Assembly (NCBI RefSeq): GCF_038025025.1
Contig: NW_027117342.1
Span: 992,001 to 1,056,000 of the forward strand
Reading direction: 5' to 3'
Length of the DNA: 64,000 nucleotides
DNA from: Phyllosticta citribraziliensis
Taxonomy: Eukaryota
The position numbers and the translations under genes are program-made. Below, piece after piece: positions 62,017 through 64,000 of the stretch. The notes under the pieces are model-generated. The model was not told the DNA's origin, did not search any database, and saw only the letters and a list, made by a program, of their open reading frames with translations. Position 1 is the stretch's first letter. Every line of letters begins with the position of its first letter.

Positions 62017-62952
62017 ATGGCTTCGCAAACGCCACCCAACTCCACGTAAGTTGTATTCATGTCTAAGTCGTCTCCGCTAGCTAACAGCTCACAGTGTCTA
62101 CGTCAGTATCTCGGTCAGAAATGCGCCCGCCCTGCTAACGCCCCAAGCAGGTCAAGAACCTCGAGGAGCGCATCAAGATTCCCGAGTTGAAGGAAGCGCT
62201 GCTCGAAATCTTCAGCGAATATGGCAACGTCATCGACATTCGCGCAGCGAAGAACCTCAAATCCAAGGGACAGGCTTTCGTCACCTTCGAGAATGTAGAG
62301 TCAGCCGCGCGCGCCATTGAGGAAATCAACGAGTTCGACCTCTTCGACAAGCCGATGAAGCTGGATTTTGCCAGGACTCGCAGCGACGCGACTGTCAGGA
62401 GGGAGGGCAACGAGGAGGATTTCGAGGCACACAGGCGCCGAAGGCTTGCGGAGAAAGGTACATCTCAGATCCCATTGCACTGCGGGATCAGATGGGTCCT
62501 TGCTTTGCGTTTTGACGTGTCGCTCTTTGGTGAGTAGTATGCTTACACATGCAACAGAAAGGAAGCAGGCCATCGAGGCCCAGGAGAAGCAGAAGCAGTT
62601 GAAGCGTCCTGCGGGCGCTCCCGCGCAGCCCGAGAGGCCCGCCCAGAAGGCGCGTGGTGCTGGCCTCAAGTCGACCGGCGCTGGAGGCGCTGTCATTCCC
62701 GACGAGTATCTCCCGCCCAACAAGATCCTGTTCGTGCAGAACCTGCCCGATGGCTACGATGTCGAAGCGCTCTCGGCCATCTTTGGCCGCTTCGAAGGCT
62801 TCAAGGAGGTCCGTCTTGTGCCTGGACGTGCCGGCATTGCCTTTGTTGAGTACGAGGCTGAGTCTGGTGCCATTTCCGCCAAGGAGGCCACTGCTGGCAT
62901 GGCGCTTGGTGATGAAGGCAAGCCCGTCAAGGTCACTTACCAGAGGCAGTGA
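62017..62952 (+). CDS. U1A/U2B''-family snRNP protein (two RRMs), 4 exons including a 7-nt microexon
   Basis: Spliced PPNSTVYVKNLEERIK...KGQAFVTF...FDKPMKLDFARTRSD and PPNKILFVQNLP...FKEVRLVPGRAGIAFVEY. Introns 62046-62094, 62102-62150 and 62458-62557. Confidence 0.95.
62448..62508 (+). promoter_or_regulatory. U1 stem-loop II-like U1A-binding hairpin overlapping the intron 3 donor
   Basis: GATCCC-ATTGCACTGC-GGGATC (62468-62489), extended by CATCT/AGATG, AAGG/CCTT and GCGGAG/CTTTGC pairings. Confidence 0.8.
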
Positions 62953-63103
62953 GGAAATCTGTAGATGGAACAGAGGTTGCATTGATCAAGGTAGGGGTCA
63001 CAATCATTGAAGCATGAGGCGCCAGAGATCAAAACAAATACAATTTACAAGTGCTCCAGTTTTGGGCTGCTCGCATCGCGTTCATGTACATAATCCATCC
63101 GCA

Positions 63104-64000
63104 TCAGAAAATCACGTCCTCATTATCCTCATCTCCCAAGAGGTCCTTCGTCTCGATTCCCTCAGCCCGACGTTCAGCTTCCTCCGAGGCCGCAGCCCGT
63201 TCCTTCTCAGCAGCAGCAGCATCACGTCCCTTCTTGCCCGAAACCTTCTTCAGCCTATAGAACTCTTCTCTGTCGAGCTCATCCAACTCGGAGTTGATGT
63301 AGGCAATGGTGTTTTCGGTACGAGGAATGATGACGTGTTCGCTGAACTCTTGTCAGTTCAAGGAACAATGCGACAAGCGCCAAAGTTACAACTTACATGG
63401 CATTCACTCTGCGGTTGACAATCTTGATGACTTCGTCCAGAATAACAAAGGCCGTCTGCAAGCTGGCCAGCTCGACGAGCGTCTCAACTGCGCGAGCATA
63501 TGTCTCCCTACATCTTTGGACCTGCTGTCCTCCCTTGCCCAGACCTGTGAGGCCAAAGTCGTTGGCGCCTTCGACTGTGAAGCTTTCGAAAGCTGGGAGG
63601 AAGACACCGGACACATTTTCCTGCTTTGTGCGCACTCGGAATTTGGCATTCTTCGCAGACTCCTGGATCTGGTAGCTGATGTCACCGCCGGCTGCGTATG
63701 TGACTTCGGCGAGGGAGAAGGCCGCTATCTGCATGACACGGCCCATCTTGCGCTTGGCTTCATCGATGCGGCGTGTGATCTCTACACGTATCTCAGTATC
63801 TGTGTCTCGGCCGCGGTGGCTGGAGTCGTACCTCGGAAACGCCTGTGCCAAATATGAGCATGCAAACAAGAAAGAGGGTCATGGCAGATGGGCGCACTTT
63901 GTCAGGGCCTCACTCTTCCTCTTCAGCAGGTCGTGACCGATTTGAGCTCCCTTGAGCTTGCTTTTCATCTGACCCAACGCCTGCCGCGTCGGGAAGACCG
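63104..64000 (-). CDS. VMA8: V-type ATPase subunit D (5' end outside window), includes an 11-nt microexon
   Basis: VFPTRQALGQMKSKLKGAQIGHDLLKRKSEALTKRFREITRRID, ENVSGVFLP, GLGKGGQQV, ELASLQTAF, NRRVNAIEHVI, ELDELDREEFYRLKKV. Confidence 0.97.

Noticed and set aside
62530..62557. Strong GTGAGT alternative donor in U1A intron 3
   Set aside because: It would leave a 28-nt intron with the same acceptor, too short to splice; possible only as a decoy or with a downstream acceptor.
1..64000. CRISPR arrays, rRNA, tRNA and prokaryotic systems
   Set aside because: Eukaryotic intron-containing DNA; no repeat-spacer array, cloverleaf or rRNA signature was recognised.

Overview
Fungal genomic DNA from a filamentous ascomycete (Pezizomycotina, probably Dothideomycete-like; tentative), in two compartments. 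Bases 1 to ~14.6 kb are an AT-rich block heavily mutated by repeat-induced point mutation (RIP). I could not find gag, reverse transcriptase, integrase or transposase motifs in it. It instead holds relics of intron-containing genes, including a clearly recognisable SNF2-family helicase. Its right edge (~15,017) abuts an unmutated but 5'-truncated HAD phosphatase gene. Bases ~15-64 kb are GC-rich and gene-dense: NECAP-like, GILT, atypical hexokinase, Ulp1, ALG2, VPS15, OTU deubiquitinase, D-amino-acid oxidase, ULA1, RKI1, GNAT, three uncharacterised genes, an Alr4036-type FMN-binding protein, GPN2, BUB3, U1A/U2B'' and VMA8 (partial). The most striking observation is a U1 snRNA stem-loop II mimic (GAUCCC-AUUGCACUGC-GGGAUC) in intron 3 of the U1A gene itself. 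It caps a longer hairpin that buries that intron's 5' splice site, making it a candidate splicing-level autoregulatory switch. Other highlights are a probable intronic H/ACA-like RNA, a multi-branched intergenic RNA structure, stop-free 3n introns at both catalytic motifs of the OTU enzyme, and cryptic mitochondrial N-terminal extensions. All gene models, de-RIP translations and RNA folds were worked out by eye; no searches were run.
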